DNA of 61,115 bases from Terriglobales bacterium (lineage in GTDB: Bacteria > Acidobacteriota > Terriglobia > Terriglobales > Acidobacteriaceae), in NCBI GenBank assembly GCA_015655195.1, contig JAATFM010000291.1:1-61115 (forward strand), in the 5' to 3' direction. Position 1 is the stretch's first letter, and the number at the start of each line of letters is the position of its first letter. Both the position numbers and the translations under genes were made by a program. Under the pieces are notes generated by a model that ran no database searches, was not told where the DNA came from, and was given only the letters and a program-made list of their open reading frames with translations. Shown here one piece after another: positions 48,734-59,461 of the stretch.

Positions 48734-49627
48734 ATGAAGGCATTCCTGCATCGGTTATTGATCGTTGTGTTTCTGGCAGGCGTCAGCTCGCTTTCGCTTG
48801 CGGCGCAGGGACACTTCAGCGGCGAGCGGGCGCTGGCCTACACGCGCGAGTTCGTTGCGATTGGCCCGCGCTGGCCCACCAGCCTTGGGCACGCCAAGGC
48901 GGAGGCTTTTCTGCGCGCGCACTTTCAGCGCGACCAGCTTGAGGAAGACGCCTTTACCGCCGATACGCCCATTGGGCCCGTGAATCTTCGCAACTTTATT
49001 GTCAAGTTTCCCGGCAAGAAGCCCGGCATCATCGTTCTCGGCACGCACTACGAGACCAACTACCCGCTGCGCAATATCAACTTTGTCGGCGCCAATGACG
49101 GCGGCTCTACGACCGGCCTGCTGATGGCGATTGCCGACCAGCTTCGCGGCAAGCCCAACGACGGCTGTTCGATCTGGCTTGTCTTCTTCGATGGAGAAGA
49201 GGCATTTGTGAACTGGTCGCAGTCGGACTCCACTTTTGGCAGCCGGCATCTTGCCGCCAAGTGGGGCCGCGACGGCACGCTCGGCAAGATCAAGGCGTTT
49301 ATGCTGGCCGACATGATCGGCGACAAGGACCTCGACATTCAGCGCGAGACCAATTCGACACCCTGGCTCTCCGACCTCGTGAAGCAGGCGGCGCATAAAT
49401 TCGGCTACGACCGCTATTTCTTCAAGATGGAAGAGCCGGTGGAGGACGATCACCTGCCGTTCGTCCATCGCGGCGTGCCATCGGTCGACATCATCGACAT
49501 CGACTACGGCCCCAACAATAGCTACCACCACACCGCGCAGGACACAATGGATAAGATCAGCGCGAAGAGCCTTACCATTGACGGCGATGTCTTCCTTGAA
49601 ACCATCCGTCTGGTAAATCTGCGATAA
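48734..49627 (+). CDS. M28-family zinc enzyme, animal/Bacteroidetes-type glutaminyl cyclase-like, secreted
   Basis: HYET, FVGANDGGS, FFDGEEAF, DSTFGSRHLA, LADMIG, EDDHLPF and HHTAQD; signal peptide. Confidence 0.8.
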   Translation: MKAFLHRLLIVVFLAGVSSLSLAAQGHFSGERALAYTREFVAIGPRWPTSLGHAKAEAFLRAHFQRDQLEEDAFTADTPIGPVNLRNFIVKFPGKKPGIIVLGTHYETNYPLRNINFVGANDGGSTTGLLMAIADQLRGKPNDGCSIWLVFFDGEEAFVNWSQSDSTFGSRHLAAKWGRDGTLGKIKAFMLADMIGDKDLDIQRETNSTPWLSDLVKQAAHKFGYDRYFFKMEEPVEDDHLPFVHRGVPSVDIIDIDYGPNNSYHHTAQDTMDKISAKSLTIDGDVFLETIRLVNLR

Positions 49628-49654
49628 GGGGCAGAGTAGTGGAGCCGTTCGGTT

Positions 49655-49679
49655 GCCGGGGATAAATCCCCGGCCTACC
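49655..49679 (+). repeat. REP GCCGGGGATAAATCCCCGGCCTACC
   Basis: Identical to 27580-27604. Confidence 0.8.
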
Positions 49680-49748
49680 AGCTAACCGGTGGCGGATTCT
49701 TTACAGAGTCGTAACACGCCGTGACTGTCGCGCCGATAAACTTGGCTC

Positions 49749-52700
49749 ATGCGTACATCTTGGCGGAGAGCGCACTCTCTTCTATCTGTTCTTCTTATCG
49801 GTGTAAGTTTTTGTGGGGCCCGGTTTTGTGAGGCCCAGATGGACCGCTCCGGCCTGACCGGCACGGTCATAGACGCGCAGGGAAAGCGTGTTCCCGGCGC
49901 GCATATTGAGGCCGTGCAGGCGGCTACGGGGCTTCGGCGCGAGGCTGTCAGCTCGTCGAGCGGCGTCTATAACATTCCCGAATTGCCGGTGGGCGTTTAT
50001 ACGATTACTGTCGAGCACGCCGGCTTCAAGAGCGTGGCGTTTGTCAACGTCGAGCAGGTGATTGGGAGAACGCGCACGCTGAATGCAACGCTGCAGGTGT
50101 CGGGCGGCGAGGCGCGCGTGGAGGTTTCGAGCAGCTCCGAGCAGATGGATACGAACACCGACGCGCTGGGCGGGCGCATTGAAAAGGCACAGGCGCAGGA
50201 GCTGCCGCTCAACGGCCGCAACTGGGCGACGCTGACCGCGTTGGTGCCGGGCGCGGTGGATACCGGCGGCAGCAATCAGCGTTCGATTCGCTTTGCGGGC
50301 CGCGGCCGCGACGACGATAACTTTACCTACGACGGCATCGACGCGACGAACGTTATTAACCAGGCGCAGCAGCCCTATGTGCGGCTCTCCATCCCGCTGG
50401 ACACGATTGAGGAGTTTCGCATCGACGCGATGCTGGCCACTGCCGAAGCCGGCGGAACAGGCGGGCCGCAGTTGGCTGTTACCTCGCCTTCGGGAACGAA
50501 TCAATGGCACGGGCACGCATTCGAGTATCTTCGCAACAATTTCTTTGACGCCGAGCAGCCTCTGCCGGTGACGACCGCGTCGCAGCCGCCGTTTCATCTG
50601 AACCAGTTCGGCGGGTCGTTGGGCGGACCGGTTTGGCGCAGCAAAACATTTTTCTTTCTCGCGTATGAGGGATATCGCCAGAACTGGGGATTTCCGCTGA
50701 GCGGCTTGGTGCCGAGCAGCGCCTTCCGGGCCGGGGTTCTGGCGGATTCGCCAGCGCTGGCGGCGATTGTGAATGCGTACCCGGCAGGGCAGACGGCGAC
50801 GAGCGATCCGAATGTGGATCAGTTTGCCAGCGAAGGCAGGCAGGTGGAGAGCGAGAACTCCGCGATGCTGAGGCTCGACCATCGCTTCTCGGAAAAGACC
50901 ACGGCGTTTATGCGCGTCAACGTGGACCGCGCGGCCAACACGCAGCCGCTGGCGGGCAACTCGGGCCAGTACCTTGAGGACCAGCAGCAACTCACCTCGG
51001 GCCCGATCAACGGCGGCATCGAATTGCTGCATGTTTTCAGCTCCAGCCTGGTGAACGAGTTCAAGGTGGGATACAACCGCAGCACGGCCGATACCCTGAA
51101 CCTCAACCACACCGGCGCCCCCTATGCGGTTTCCGTCTCGGGCTTTACCACGCTTAGCAACAATCAGTTCAAGGTCGGCGCGGGCAACACCTTTTCCGAG
51201 ATTGACAACCTGACCTGGAGCCGCGGCCGGCAGACGGTCAAGGCTGGCGCGGAGATTCGTCGCGTGCAGTTGAACCAGGGAAATACGGAGGCCGGAACGC
51301 TCTCGTTTGCTGCGACAGCGACCAATCCCGGCAGTGAGCTGTGCCCGGGGTGCATGGCCTTCGATGCCAACCAGGTGAGCACCGCGACGCTGAACGGAAC
51401 GCTGCCTGTGAACGGGCTGCGCAAGACGCAGTATTACGGCTACCTGCAGGACGAGTTCAAGTGGACGCCGTCGCTGAGTCTGAACCTCGGCATGCGTTAC
51501 AGCTTTCTCAATATCTTTCACGAGGTGCTGGCGCGCGCCAATCCGTTTGACTTTGCCACCTGTGGGCCCCAGGGGTTTTGCGGCGTGGGCGCGAGCTTCG
51601 GCCAGCCCAATTACGGCGATCTCGATCCGCGTGTAGCGGTGGCGTGGTCTCCCTCGAAGGATGGCAAGACCGTGGTTCGCGCGGGATTCGGAATGTATCA
51701 CGAGGACGGGCAGTTGGACGACCAGAACCTGCCCATCAGCAACGAGGTCTTTGCCTATTCGCTGTCGAACAAGACGATTCCCAACCTCAGCTATCCGATC
51801 GATCCGTTTCTCACCGGCACGACGGGCGTGATTTCGCCGCGCGACGACGACCGGCAGCGCAAGGACACTTACGTGGAGCAGTGGGGCCTCTCGGTGCAGC
51901 GCGAGCTGCCGGGGGATTTTGTCGGCACGCTCTCGTATGTGGGCAGCCAGGGCGTCTACTTGCTCACGCTCTCCGAGGTAAACGTCGTCAATTCGCTGAC
52001 CGGGACGCGGCCTTATCCGAATTTCGGCATGGTGAGCTGGCGCGGCAACCACGACAGCAGCAATTACCACGGATTCTCAGCGGCGGTGAAGCGGTCGTTC
52101 TCGCGCGGCGTTCTGTTCTCGGCGAATTATATGTGGGCGCACGAGATTGACAACGGCTCGAACGGCAGCGGCGACGGCGACTCGCTGGTGCCGCAGAATG
52201 TGGCTTGCCCGGCCTGCGAGCGCGCCAGCGGCATCTGGGATGTGCGCCAAGTGCTGAACGCCAACGCGATTTATCAACTGCCCTTCGGTCCCGGCAAGCC
52301 GTACCTGAGCCAGCCCGGATTTCTGAGCAGCGTGGCCGGCTCGTGGGAGCTGACTTCGATGGCGCTGGCTCGCACGGGCTTCCCGGTCAATGTGCTCGTC
52401 AACCGCTCCTCGGCGAGCGTGCCGGATGGCAACGCTACCAGCCCGCGTCCGGACCTTGTGCCGGGCGTTTCGCTCAAGCCGATGGGCGGCAGCGGTATTG
52501 GCAACTGGATCAACCCGGCGGCCTTTACCACGCCGGCTGACGGAACCTTCGGCGACGCGCCGCGCGATGTGGGCCGCGGCCCCGGCGCATGGCAGATCGA
52601 CTTCGGCGCTACGAAGAGGATTCCGCTCTCAGAGAAAGTGCGGCTGGAGTTCCGCTCGGAGTTCTTCAACATCTTCAACCATCCGCAGTATGGACTGCCG

Positions 52701-52826
52701 CAGGCCACCTTTGGCGTGAGTGGCTTTGGCAGCATTCAGCAGACGGTGAACACCACAACGCCGGTAAGTCCGGTAGGCTCGGGAACGCCGCGCGAGATGC
52801 AGTTCGCGCTCAAGTTCGAGTTCTAA
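49749..52826 (+). CDS. TonB-dependent receptor (carboxypeptidase regulatory-like N-domain)
   Basis: LTGTVIDAQG, LPLNGRNW, SGTNQWHG, NQFGGSLGGP, LQDEFKW, FRSEFFNIFNHP and QFALKFEF. Confidence 0.93.
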   Translation: MRTSWRRAHSLLSVLLIGVSFCGARFCEAQMDRSGLTGTVIDAQGKRVPGAHIEAVQAATGLRREAVSSSSGVYNIPELPVGVYTITVEHAGFKSVAFVNVEQVIGRTRTLNATLQVSGGEARVEVSSSSEQMDTNTDALGGRIEKAQAQELPLNGRNWATLTALVPGAVDTGGSNQRSIRFAGRGRDDDNFTYDGIDATNVINQAQQPYVRLSIPLDTIEEFRIDAMLATAEAGGTGGPQLAVTSPSGTNQWHGHAFEYLRNNFFDAEQPLPVTTASQPPFHLNQFGGSLGGPVWRSKTFFFLAYEGYRQNWGFPLSGLVPSSAFRAGVLADSPALAAIVNAYPAGQTATSDPNVDQFASEGRQVESENSAMLRLDHRFSEKTTAFMRVNVDRAANTQPLAGNSGQYLEDQQQLTSGPINGGIELLHVFSSSLVNEFKVGYNRSTADTLNLNHTGAPYAVSVSGFTTLSNNQFKVGAGNTFSEIDNLTWSRGRQTVKAGAEIRRVQLNQGNTEAGTLSFAATATNPGSELCPGCMAFDANQVSTATLNGTLPVNGLRKTQYYGYLQDEFKWTPSLSLNLGMRYSFLNIFHEVLARANPFDFATCGPQGFCGVGASFGQPNYGDLDPRVAVAWSPSKDGKTVVRAGFGMYHEDGQLDDQNLPISNEVFAYSLSNKTIPNLSYPIDPFLTGTTGVISPRDDDRQRKDTYVEQWGLSVQRELPGDFVGTLSYVGSQGVYLLTLSEVNVVNSLTGTRPYPNFGMVSWRGNHDSSNYHGFSAAVKRSFSRGVLFSANYMWAHEIDNGSNGSGDGDSLVPQNVACPACERASGIWDVRQVLNANAIYQLPFGPGKPYLSQPGFLSSVAGSWELTSMALARTGFPVNVLVNRSSASVPDGNATSPRPDLVPGVSLKPMGGSGIGNWINPAAFTTPADGTFGDAPRDVGRGPGAWQIDFGATKRIPLSEKVRLEFRSEFFNIFNHPQYGLPQATFGVSGFGSIQQTVNTTTPVSPVGSGTPREMQFALKFEF

Positions 52827-52846
52827 CGCGTTGGAACTTCCAAGTT

Positions 52847-52894
52847 GCCGTGCCCCATCCTTGCGGCTTTTTCTTGCCGCAAGGGTGGGATAGC
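52847..52894 (+). repeat. GGGTGCCCCA-type REP hairpin (no shell)
   Basis: GTGCCCCATCCTTGCGGC-TTTTTCTT-GCCGCAAGGGTGGGATAGC. Confidence 0.75.
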
Positions 52895-52929
52895 GATACT
52901 TTCGTTTCCGATCCTGTAGCATCTTCCTT

Positions 52930-53799
52930 ATGATCGGCGGCGCGACGTGGCTCTGGTGGATCGGCTTTCATGCGGCGGTTGTCGTGCTGCTGCTTGCTGA
53001 CGCGTTCCTCACTGGCCGCAGCCGGAATGCGAAGCTCAGCCAGCGGCTTGCGTGGGGCTGGACCGTTTTTCTCATCCTCGCCTCGGTTGGCTTTGCCGCA
53101 TGGATCGCCCGCGAGCAGGGGCGCGCGCTCGGGCTACAGTTCATTGCCGGCTACGCCATCGAAACTTCGCTCAGTATCGATAACCTTTTCGTCTTTCTTG
53201 TTCTCTTCCGCGGCTTTGGCATCGACGAGCGGCACCAAAGGCAGGCGCTGACCTGGGGCGTTGTCGGCGCCATCGTGCTCCGCGCCATCTTCATCGCTGT
53301 CGGCGTCGCGTTGCTTAGCCGTTTCGAGTGGATTACCTGGATCTTCGGGGCATTTCTGCTCTATGCGGCGTGGCGGCTGCTGTTCGGCAATTCCGCCAAG
53401 GACGCTATCCCGGAGTGGATTCGCCGTCTTCAGCCAACCAAAGGCTCGCTCCTGCCCGTTATTCTCGCCGTCGAAGTTACCGATTTGCTCTTTGCTACCG
53501 ACTCTATCCCTGCCGTCCTTGCTGTCTCGCGCGATCCGTTCATTGTCTATACCTCGAATATTGCCGCTATCCTTGGTCTGCGCTCGCTCTACTTCGTCCT
53601 TGCGGGGCTGCTGGACCGGTTGCGCTATCTGCACTATGGACTTGGTGCGCTGCTGGCATTCGTTGCTTTCAAGATGCTCGCCGCACGCTGGATTGAAATT
53701 CCCATCACCATTTCGCTCGCCATCATCGGCGGAATCCTGGCAATCTGCGCCATTGCCTCCGCGCTGGCCGGGGAGCGCCAGCCGGAGACCGGTGCCTGA
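52930..53799 (+). CDS. TerC/Alx family membrane protein
   Basis: ETSLSIDNLFVF, GAIVLRAIFI, VEVTDLLFATDSIPA and SNIAAILGLRSLYF. Confidence 0.92.
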   Translation: MIGGATWLWWIGFHAAVVVLLLADAFLTGRSRNAKLSQRLAWGWTVFLILASVGFAAWIAREQGRALGLQFIAGYAIETSLSIDNLFVFLVLFRGFGIDERHQRQALTWGVVGAIVLRAIFIAVGVALLSRFEWITWIFGAFLLYAAWRLLFGNSAKDAIPEWIRRLQPTKGSLLPVILAVEVTDLLFATDSIPAVLAVSRDPFIVYTSNIAAILGLRSLYFVLAGLLDRLRYLHYGLGALLAFVAFKMLAARWIEIPITISLAIIGGILAICAIASALAGERQPETGA

Positions 53800-53853
53800 T
53801 TCCTCACTCTCTGGCTCCTTAGCGCCTGCTATGCTTTAGGCAACGCGATTGCT

Positions 53854-55095
53854 GTGCCCACACTGTCCCCCAACTTATCCGTTTCGCCGTCCCGTTGGAC
53901 GAAGCTCGCGCTCTTTGTCTCGCCAGGACTGATGGCTGTCCTCGTGGCTGTTGCTGTCCTTATAGCCGGATGCAACCGCCTGCGCGACGTGGGCAAAGAG
54001 ACTGTCTATGTCGTCGCCCAGCAGCAGTACCTGCACGACCGCGTTGCAGCCGTTTCCAACCGCGTCGGACAGGTTACGAACGGCCAGCACCTTGTTGTGC
54101 TGGAGCACGGCCGCCGCTTTCTCAAGGTCAAGACTGAGAAGAACGAGATCGGCTGGCTGGAAGAACACGCTGTTATTCCGCAGAAGACCTACGACGCCTT
54201 TGTCGCGCTTGCGGAGCAGCATAAGAACGATGCCGTCGTTGCTACCGGCGTCGTTCGCGACGATGTTTACCTGCACCTGACGCCGGGACGCAACTCGGAT
54301 CGCTACTACCTGCTGCCGGCCAACGACAAAGTGCAGTTGCTGGTTCGCGCATCGGTTCCCAAAGTTGCTCCCGGAATGGCTCCGCCTCCGCATAAGCCGG
54401 CAAAGCCCGCGCAGCCCACATCGCAGCCTGGCAAGACCGCTTCGGCTGCAACGCCGGCCTCAACTGCCGCCGCGCTTCCCGTCATGCCGCCTGCGCCGCC
54501 GCCGATTCTCGAAGACTGGTGGCTGATCCGCGACTCGCAGGGCCGCGCCGGCTGGCTTCTTGCCGGGCGCATGGACGTTGACGCGCCGGACGAGATTGCG
54601 CAGTATGCCGAGGGTCAGCGCATCGTTGGCGCTTATATGCTGAACAAAGTTACCGACGAAAACGTGGACCAGAACGGCCAGCCGGTCACAACGCAGAAGC
54701 CCGAGTACGTTACCGTGCTCGCGCCTATGAAGTCGGGCCAGCCCTTCGACTTCGATCAGGTCCGCGTCTTTACCTGGAGCACGAAGCGGCACCGCTACGA
54801 AACCGCCTACCGGCTGCATCCTATCGCCGGCTTCCTGCCCGTCAAAGTCACGCAGGTTCCCGCGCCGGCGGGCTTCAACGTCGGCCCCACGGTCCCGCAG
54901 TTCAGCATTCTTGTCAGTTCGAGTGAAAACATCAGCATCGATCCCGACACCGGTATCGTCAAGCCCGTCTCACCGCGCACACTCAACTTTCAGTTGATTG
55001 ACACCACTGTCAAGCGCGCCGGCCCGGACATGGACCCCATTCCGCTGACGGAAAAGAAGGATGAAAAAGCCGGCGCGAAGAAGAAGGCGCGCTAG
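53854..55095 (+). CDS. Putative lipoprotein with bacterial SH3-like domains
   Basis: Lipobox-like LIAGC; SH3b-like [13 protein letters not shown] and [14 protein letters not shown]; Pro/Ala linker. Confidence 0.7.
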   Translation: MPTLSPNLSVSPSRWTKLALFVSPGLMAVLVAVAVLIAGCNRLRDVGKETVYVVAQQQYLHDRVAAVSNRVGQVTNGQHLVVLEHGRRFLKVKTEKNEIGWLEEHAVIPQKTYDAFVALAEQHKNDAVVATGVVRDDVYLHLTPGRNSDRYYLLPANDKVQLLVRASVPKVAPGMAPPPHKPAKPAQPTSQPGKTASAATPASTAAALPVMPPAPPPILEDWWLIRDSQGRAGWLLAGRMDVDAPDEIAQYAEGQRIVGAYMLNKVTDENVDQNGQPVTTQKPEYVTVLAPMKSGQPFDFDQVRVFTWSTKRHRYETAYRLHPIAGFLPVKVTQVPAPAGFNVGPTVPQFSILVSSSENISIDPDTGIVKPVSPRTLNFQLIDTTVKRAGPDMDPIPLTEKKDEKAGAKKKAR

Positions 55096-56795
55096 CGCCG
55101 CGCAACGGATTTGCGAAGGGCCGCGAGGCGTACACGTATTTCCTTCATGCTGATTGCACGCGAGGGATCGGCCTTTATCGCGTCATACGAGGCCACTACA
55201 TCTGTTTTCAGCCAGTCTTCGCGCGCCCGTCGCTTCAACTCCTGCTCTACTGCGTGCCGCATGGCTTCCTCGGGTGGTTTCTTTCCTGTCCAGATCTCGA
55301 ACTGCCGCGCGCCCTGCTGCACAAACATTTCCAGGCCGGTAATTACTGGAATTCCGCGCGATCTTGCGAGCTTCACCAGCGGTGTTTCGAGCGGGTTGTA
55401 AACCATCTCGAAGACCAGCCCAGCGTTCAGCTCGTTTTCTTTAATCGGCATGGCTTGGTTCGAGTCCTTCATTCCGCACGGCGTGGAGTTAACAATCGCG
55501 TCGAAGCTCTGCTTTGCAAGCTGCTCGTGCTTCAGTGCTTTTGCCTTTGCGGCTCTGGCCAGTGCTACGGCATTCTCGTGCGTGCGGTTGACGACGAAGA
55601 CCTCCGCGCCCGCATCCACCAGTCCGAAGACCGCCGCCCGTGCCGCGCCGCCTGCGCCCAGCACGGCAATCCGCGCACCGGCGAGCTTCATCCGCCGCTT
55701 GAGCGGTTCTACTACGCCAAAGACATCCGTGTTGTAGCCCGCGAGCTTTCCGTCCGCCGTGACGCGTAGCGTGTTGCATGCGCCGATCCGCGCGGCGAGC
55801 GGGTCAATATGATCGAGGCTCGCCATCACTTCGAGCTTGAGCGGCATTGTTACCGCTACGCCGCAAATGGGCAACTCCAGCACCAGTGCCAGCAGGTCCG
55901 CCGCAGATTTTGCTTTGAGCGGCAACAGCACGGCGTTCACCCCCTCGTGCTGGAAGGCCGTATTGTGCAGCAGCGGCGAGAGCGAGTGACGGATGGGATT
56001 GCCCGCCACTCCAAAGACCCGCGTCTCGGCGTTCAGCTTGTCGGCGCGGTAGAGTTTTTTGAGCGTATGCGCGGAGACCTGTCCCGGTGCTGTTTCCGAT
56101 CCATCTTCGAGCGAGGCAAAGGTAAAGGCCGCGCCCTCGCGCACGCCGAGCACACGGCTTACGAGACCTTCCTCGCCCATCGCAATGCCGACTACTCGCG
56201 CCGAGACGGCGCGGCTCTCGATGAGTTGCAGTACGGCGAGATTGTCGGCGAGCGTCTGCGCGGTAGAGACTACCTTGATGTAATCCGGGGCAAAGGCTGC
56301 GATTCGCTCGGCGGCGTGTTCCAGCCTGCGAGTCTTCGAGAAATCGTGGTAGCTGACGAGCAGTTCTGTGCCTGCCGTTCGCAGCCCCGTCCGGAATTTT
56401 TTTAGCTGTTCTGGACTGGCTTCTTCGGCGGACTCCACTTCCAGATCGACGATTCCGCAACCGGCTCGTGCGGCTTTGAGCAGGATTGTCAGCTCTTCCG
56501 CGAGCGTTCCGGCAAAGCTCCCGCCATTGGCAACGCGCCTACAGGTGGCAATCGCTGTCACTTCCGGATGCGAGAACAGAAATGCTTTCAGCTTCGGTAG
56601 AAATGCGGTGGGAGAGTTAAGCGAATCGAGACGAAACTCAAGAAATTTCGTATCCTTGAGGGCAAACTCGGCGCGGGCCAGCATCTCGGTCGGCGTTGCG
56701 GCTTGAATCGCAACGCAGATTTTGCCTGGTCGCGGCCTTGTTGTTGAAACCAGCTTCGCTGCGGCGGAAGCTCCGTCATTTCTAGCCTTTTTCAT
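55092..56795 (-). CDS. aroE: Bifunctional type I 3-dehydroquinate dehydratase / shikimate dehydrogenase with extra C-terminal tail
   Basis: AroD: EFRLD, IATCRR, VSYHDF, KVV, AMGEEG, TAPGQ. AroE: [47 protein letters not shown]. Stop overlaps the convergent gene's stop (CTAG). Confidence 0.92.
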   Translation of the reverse strand: MKKARNDGASAAAKLVSTTRPRPGKICVAIQAATPTEMLARAEFALKDTKFLEFRLDSLNSPTAFLPKLKAFLFSHPEVTAIATCRRVANGGSFAGTLAEELTILLKAARAGCGIVDLEVESAEEASPEQLKKFRTGLRTAGTELLVSYHDFSKTRRLEHAAERIAAFAPDYIKVVSTAQTLADNLAVLQLIESRAVSARVVGIAMGEEGLVSRVLGVREGAAFTFASLEDGSETAPGQVSAHTLKKLYRADKLNAETRVFGVAGNPIRHSLSPLLHNTAFQHEGVNAVLLPLKAKSAADLLALVLELPICGVAVTMPLKLEVMASLDHIDPLAARIGACNTLRVTADGKLAGYNTDVFGVVEPLKRRMKLAGARIAVLGAGGAARAAVFGLVDAGAEVFVVNRTHENAVALARAAKAKALKHEQLAKQSFDAIVNSTPCGMKDSNQAMPIKENELNAGLVFEMVYNPLETPLVKLARSRGIPVITGLEMFVQQGARQFEIWTGKKPPEEAMRHAVEQELKRRAREDWLKTDVVASYDAIKADPSRAISMKEIRVRLAALRKSVARR

Positions 56796-56878
56796 ACGGT
56801 CAACTGCCGTATCGTAGAAGGCTTGCGTTCGCAATGCAAGGCAGTACGCCGTCGGGTAGTGGGTTCGTCTGCGAGGAA

Positions 56879-56979
56879 GCTATCCCCCCTAGCCGGAAAA
56901 ACAAAGACCCGGCTAGGGGGCACCCGGCTGGGGTTCGTGCTATCCCAGGTCCCAATACCAGGGACCCGGGGCACCCGGC
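56879..56979 (-). repeat. Tandem pair of GGGTGCCCC-type REP hairpins
   Basis: Reverse complement has GCCGGGTGCCCC...GGGATAGC twice. One unit shares GCCGGGTCTTTGTTTTTCCGGCTAGGG with the 4438/5511 cargo. Confidence 0.8.
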
Positions 56980-59405
56980 TATTCGTCGCGCAATGTGGCA
57001 GCGGGATCGATGCGCGCGATTCTCAGTGCCGGTACGAGCGTGGCAATGCACGTAATCGCGGTCAGCATGAGAACCACCGCTGCCATCGTGGCGCCGTCAT
57101 ACACGCCGACGCCGTAGAGCACGCTCCGCATTACGCGCAGTGTGCCCGCAGAGAGCAACAGCCCCAGCGCCAGCCCCGCGGCTGACGCGCTAATTCCCGC
57201 ACCGCCAACGCGCGCCATCGCCTGCCGAATCGACGAGCCGAGCGCGATGCGAATGCCGATCTCCCGCGTACGCTCTGCCACCATGTTCGCCACCAACGCA
57301 AAGATGCCTACGGCGCTCAGCAGCAGCGCCAGCCCGGCCATTGCACTCAGCAGGGCCACTTCAATGCGCTGCATGGCCAGCGTCTGGGCCATCAGGTCAT
57401 TCATGCTATAAAAGCCGGAAAACGGCAGCCCCGGATCGACCGAGGTCAGCGCCCGCTGCATCTGGCCGGTCAACCCCTCCACCGGACCCGCGGTGCGGAC
57501 CACCCAACTGGGCTGGAACCAGATATGGACGAGCGGGAGCCACTGGGTATCCACCTGCGCAGTGGGAACATACATGGTCGCCTCGCTGTCCAGCGGAGCG
57601 TCGTCGTCCAGGCCCGGCGACAAAGGTACGTCACCCACCATTCCCACGATCGTCCGGCCCTTGTTCAGAGTGCGGCCTACAGGATTGCCGCCGTGAAAGA
57701 ACTTGCGCGCAAAGGCGCGATTCACGATAGCTACCTGCTGCGTCTCCGGTCCGTCCAAGGCTGCGAACTGTCGTCCGGCCAGCAGGGGAATGTCCAGCGT
57801 GTCGAAGTAGCCCGGCGTTACGTAGATCGCGTCGGTGCCGGACTCCATTCCCGCTTCCTTGCCATCGTGAATCGTGACGCCGCTGTTAAGCGGGCGCTCG
57901 TAGGGCACGTTCAGCCCCACGGCCGCATTGCGGACGCCCGGAATGTGCTGCATGGCCGCAACGCTCTCGTCCATCAGCTTGCGAAAGGCCGCCGGATCGG
58001 TGTAGCGCGCATCGTCGAGCGACGCCTTGGCGGTCATCACTCCGGCAGGATTGAAGCCCGGCGGCAGCGATTCGAGATGAACAAGGGTGCGGATGAGCAG
58101 ACCGGAGCCGGCCAGCAGCACCACCGTCAAAGCCACTTCGCCGGCGATCAGCGCCTGGCGCAGCCGCAGCCGCTCGCCGCCCGCCACCGACCGCTGCGCC
58201 ACCGAGGCGCGCAGGTCCACCCGGCGCACGGCGAAGGCCGGCAACATGCCAAACAGGAGGCTGCTGCACATTGAAACCAGCAGGGTAAAGGCAAGAACCT
58301 GCAGATCAAGGGAGACATCGGAAACGGGCAGAAAGTCTTTGGGCAGCAGTGAAAGCAGTCCGCGCAGGGCCGCAAAGCCAACCGCCACGCCCGCCACGCC
58401 GCCTATGCCGGCCAGCAGCAGGTTTTCGATCCAAAACTGGCGTTGAATCTGCCAGCGCGAAGCGCCCAAGGCCAGCCGCGTGGCGATCTCCGGCGTGCGG
58501 CGCGCCATGCGGACCAGCGTAAGGCCGGCCAGGTTGGCGCAGGCGATCAACAGGATAAAGCCCGCAGACAGCATCAGGGCCACGGCCTTGGGCGCCAGCT
58601 CCGCGGATTGGCCTTGTTGCAGCGGAATGGAACGGTAGCTTACGCGGGAGCCCGGGTGACGGGAGGCGAAGCGCGCCTCCCGCGCTGCCCATGCCCGGTT
58701 CAGCTCGGCATCCGCCTGCTGCCACGTAGCACCATCCTTCAGCCGCGTGATCACTTCATAGTTGGTGCCGCCCCCCTCGCCTTTGCGGCTGGGCTGCAAC
58801 GCCATGTAGAGGTCGGCATTCAGCGGCGTGACCGTGGCCGGCGGCAGCACGCCAATGACCGTGTACGGCTCGCCTTTCAGGTGGATGGTCTGGCCGATCA
58901 GGTTGGGATCGCTGCCGAAAGTGGAGCGCCACAGGCCGTAGCTCAGGATTGCGGCCTTGGAGCCTTCGGGCCGATCCTCATCCGCGGAGAAGTTACGGCC
59001 CAATCCGGGGCGGATGCCGAGCACATCGAAATAGTGCTGCGAGATGCGTCCGGCATGTACGTATTCCACATTCTGGCCCGCCTGAAGATTGACGCCGCTC
59101 GTGCCGTTGCTGGAGACGGCCGCTATCAGTGACGGCACGTTGTCGCGCAGCAGTTCCCACTGCTCTCCGTCGATGTCGTTGCGTTCGTTCGACGGCTCTA
59201 CACCCTGGATTTGCTCAAAGATCGTTCCCATGCGCTCGGGGTGCGCGTAGGGAAGGCTCTTCAGCATCAGCGCATTCACGATGGAAAAGATGGCGGTGTT
59301 TGCGCCGATCGAGAGCGCGAGCGTCACGATCACCGTTGCGGTAAAACCGGGATTGCGGCGCAACTGGCGAAGGGCAAATCGCAGATTCTGACCGAAGACG
59401 CTCAT
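56979..59405 (-). CDS. ADOP-type duplicated ABC permease (MacB/FtsX)
   Basis: LRFALRQLRRNPGF, LSIGANTAIFSIV, LLIACANLAGL, EIATRLALGA, EVALTVVLLAGSGLL, RTREIGIRIALG and IDPAATLRDE. Confidence 0.93.
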   Translation of the reverse strand: MSVFGQNLRFALRQLRRNPGFTATVIVTLALSIGANTAIFSIVNALMLKSLPYAHPERMGTIFEQIQGVEPSNERNDIDGEQWELLRDNVPSLIAAVSSNGTSGVNLQAGQNVEYVHAGRISQHYFDVLGIRPGLGRNFSADEDRPEGSKAAILSYGLWRSTFGSDPNLIGQTIHLKGEPYTVIGVLPPATVTPLNADLYMALQPSRKGEGGGTNYEVITRLKDGATWQQADAELNRAWAAREARFASRHPGSRVSYRSIPLQQGQSAELAPKAVALMLSAGFILLIACANLAGLTLVRMARRTPEIATRLALGASRWQIQRQFWIENLLLAGIGGVAGVAVGFAALRGLLSLLPKDFLPVSDVSLDLQVLAFTLLVSMCSSLLFGMLPAFAVRRVDLRASVAQRSVAGGERLRLRQALIAGEVALTVVLLAGSGLLIRTLVHLESLPPGFNPAGVMTAKASLDDARYTDPAAFRKLMDESVAAMQHIPGVRNAAVGLNVPYERPLNSGVTIHDGKEAGMESGTDAIYVTPGYFDTLDIPLLAGRQFAALDGPETQQVAIVNRAFARKFFHGGNPVGRTLNKGRTIVGMVGDVPLSPGLDDDAPLDSEATMYVPTAQVDTQWLPLVHIWFQPSWVVRTAGPVEGLTGQMQRALTSVDPGLPFSGFYSMNDLMAQTLAMQRIEVALLSAMAGLALLLSAVGIFALVANMVAERTREIGIRIALGSSIRQAMARVGGAGISASAAGLALGLLLSAGTLRVMRSVLYGVGVYDGATMAAVVLMLTAITCIATLVPALRIARIDPAATLRDE

Positions 59406-59461
59406 CGAAGCTCCTTTTGCGGCGGATTTTGTGCGCGGAACGCTGCTTTAGCAGCAAAGCC

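Noticed and set aside
52827-52929. yybP-ykoY Mn riboswitch expected before a TerC/Alx gene
   Set aside because: The short spacer is occupied by a REP hairpin; no aptamer features seen.
55233-56795. AroD-AroE fusion itself as novel
   Set aside because: Such bifunctional enzymes are known in plants and several bacterial groups; only the C-terminal tail is unusual.
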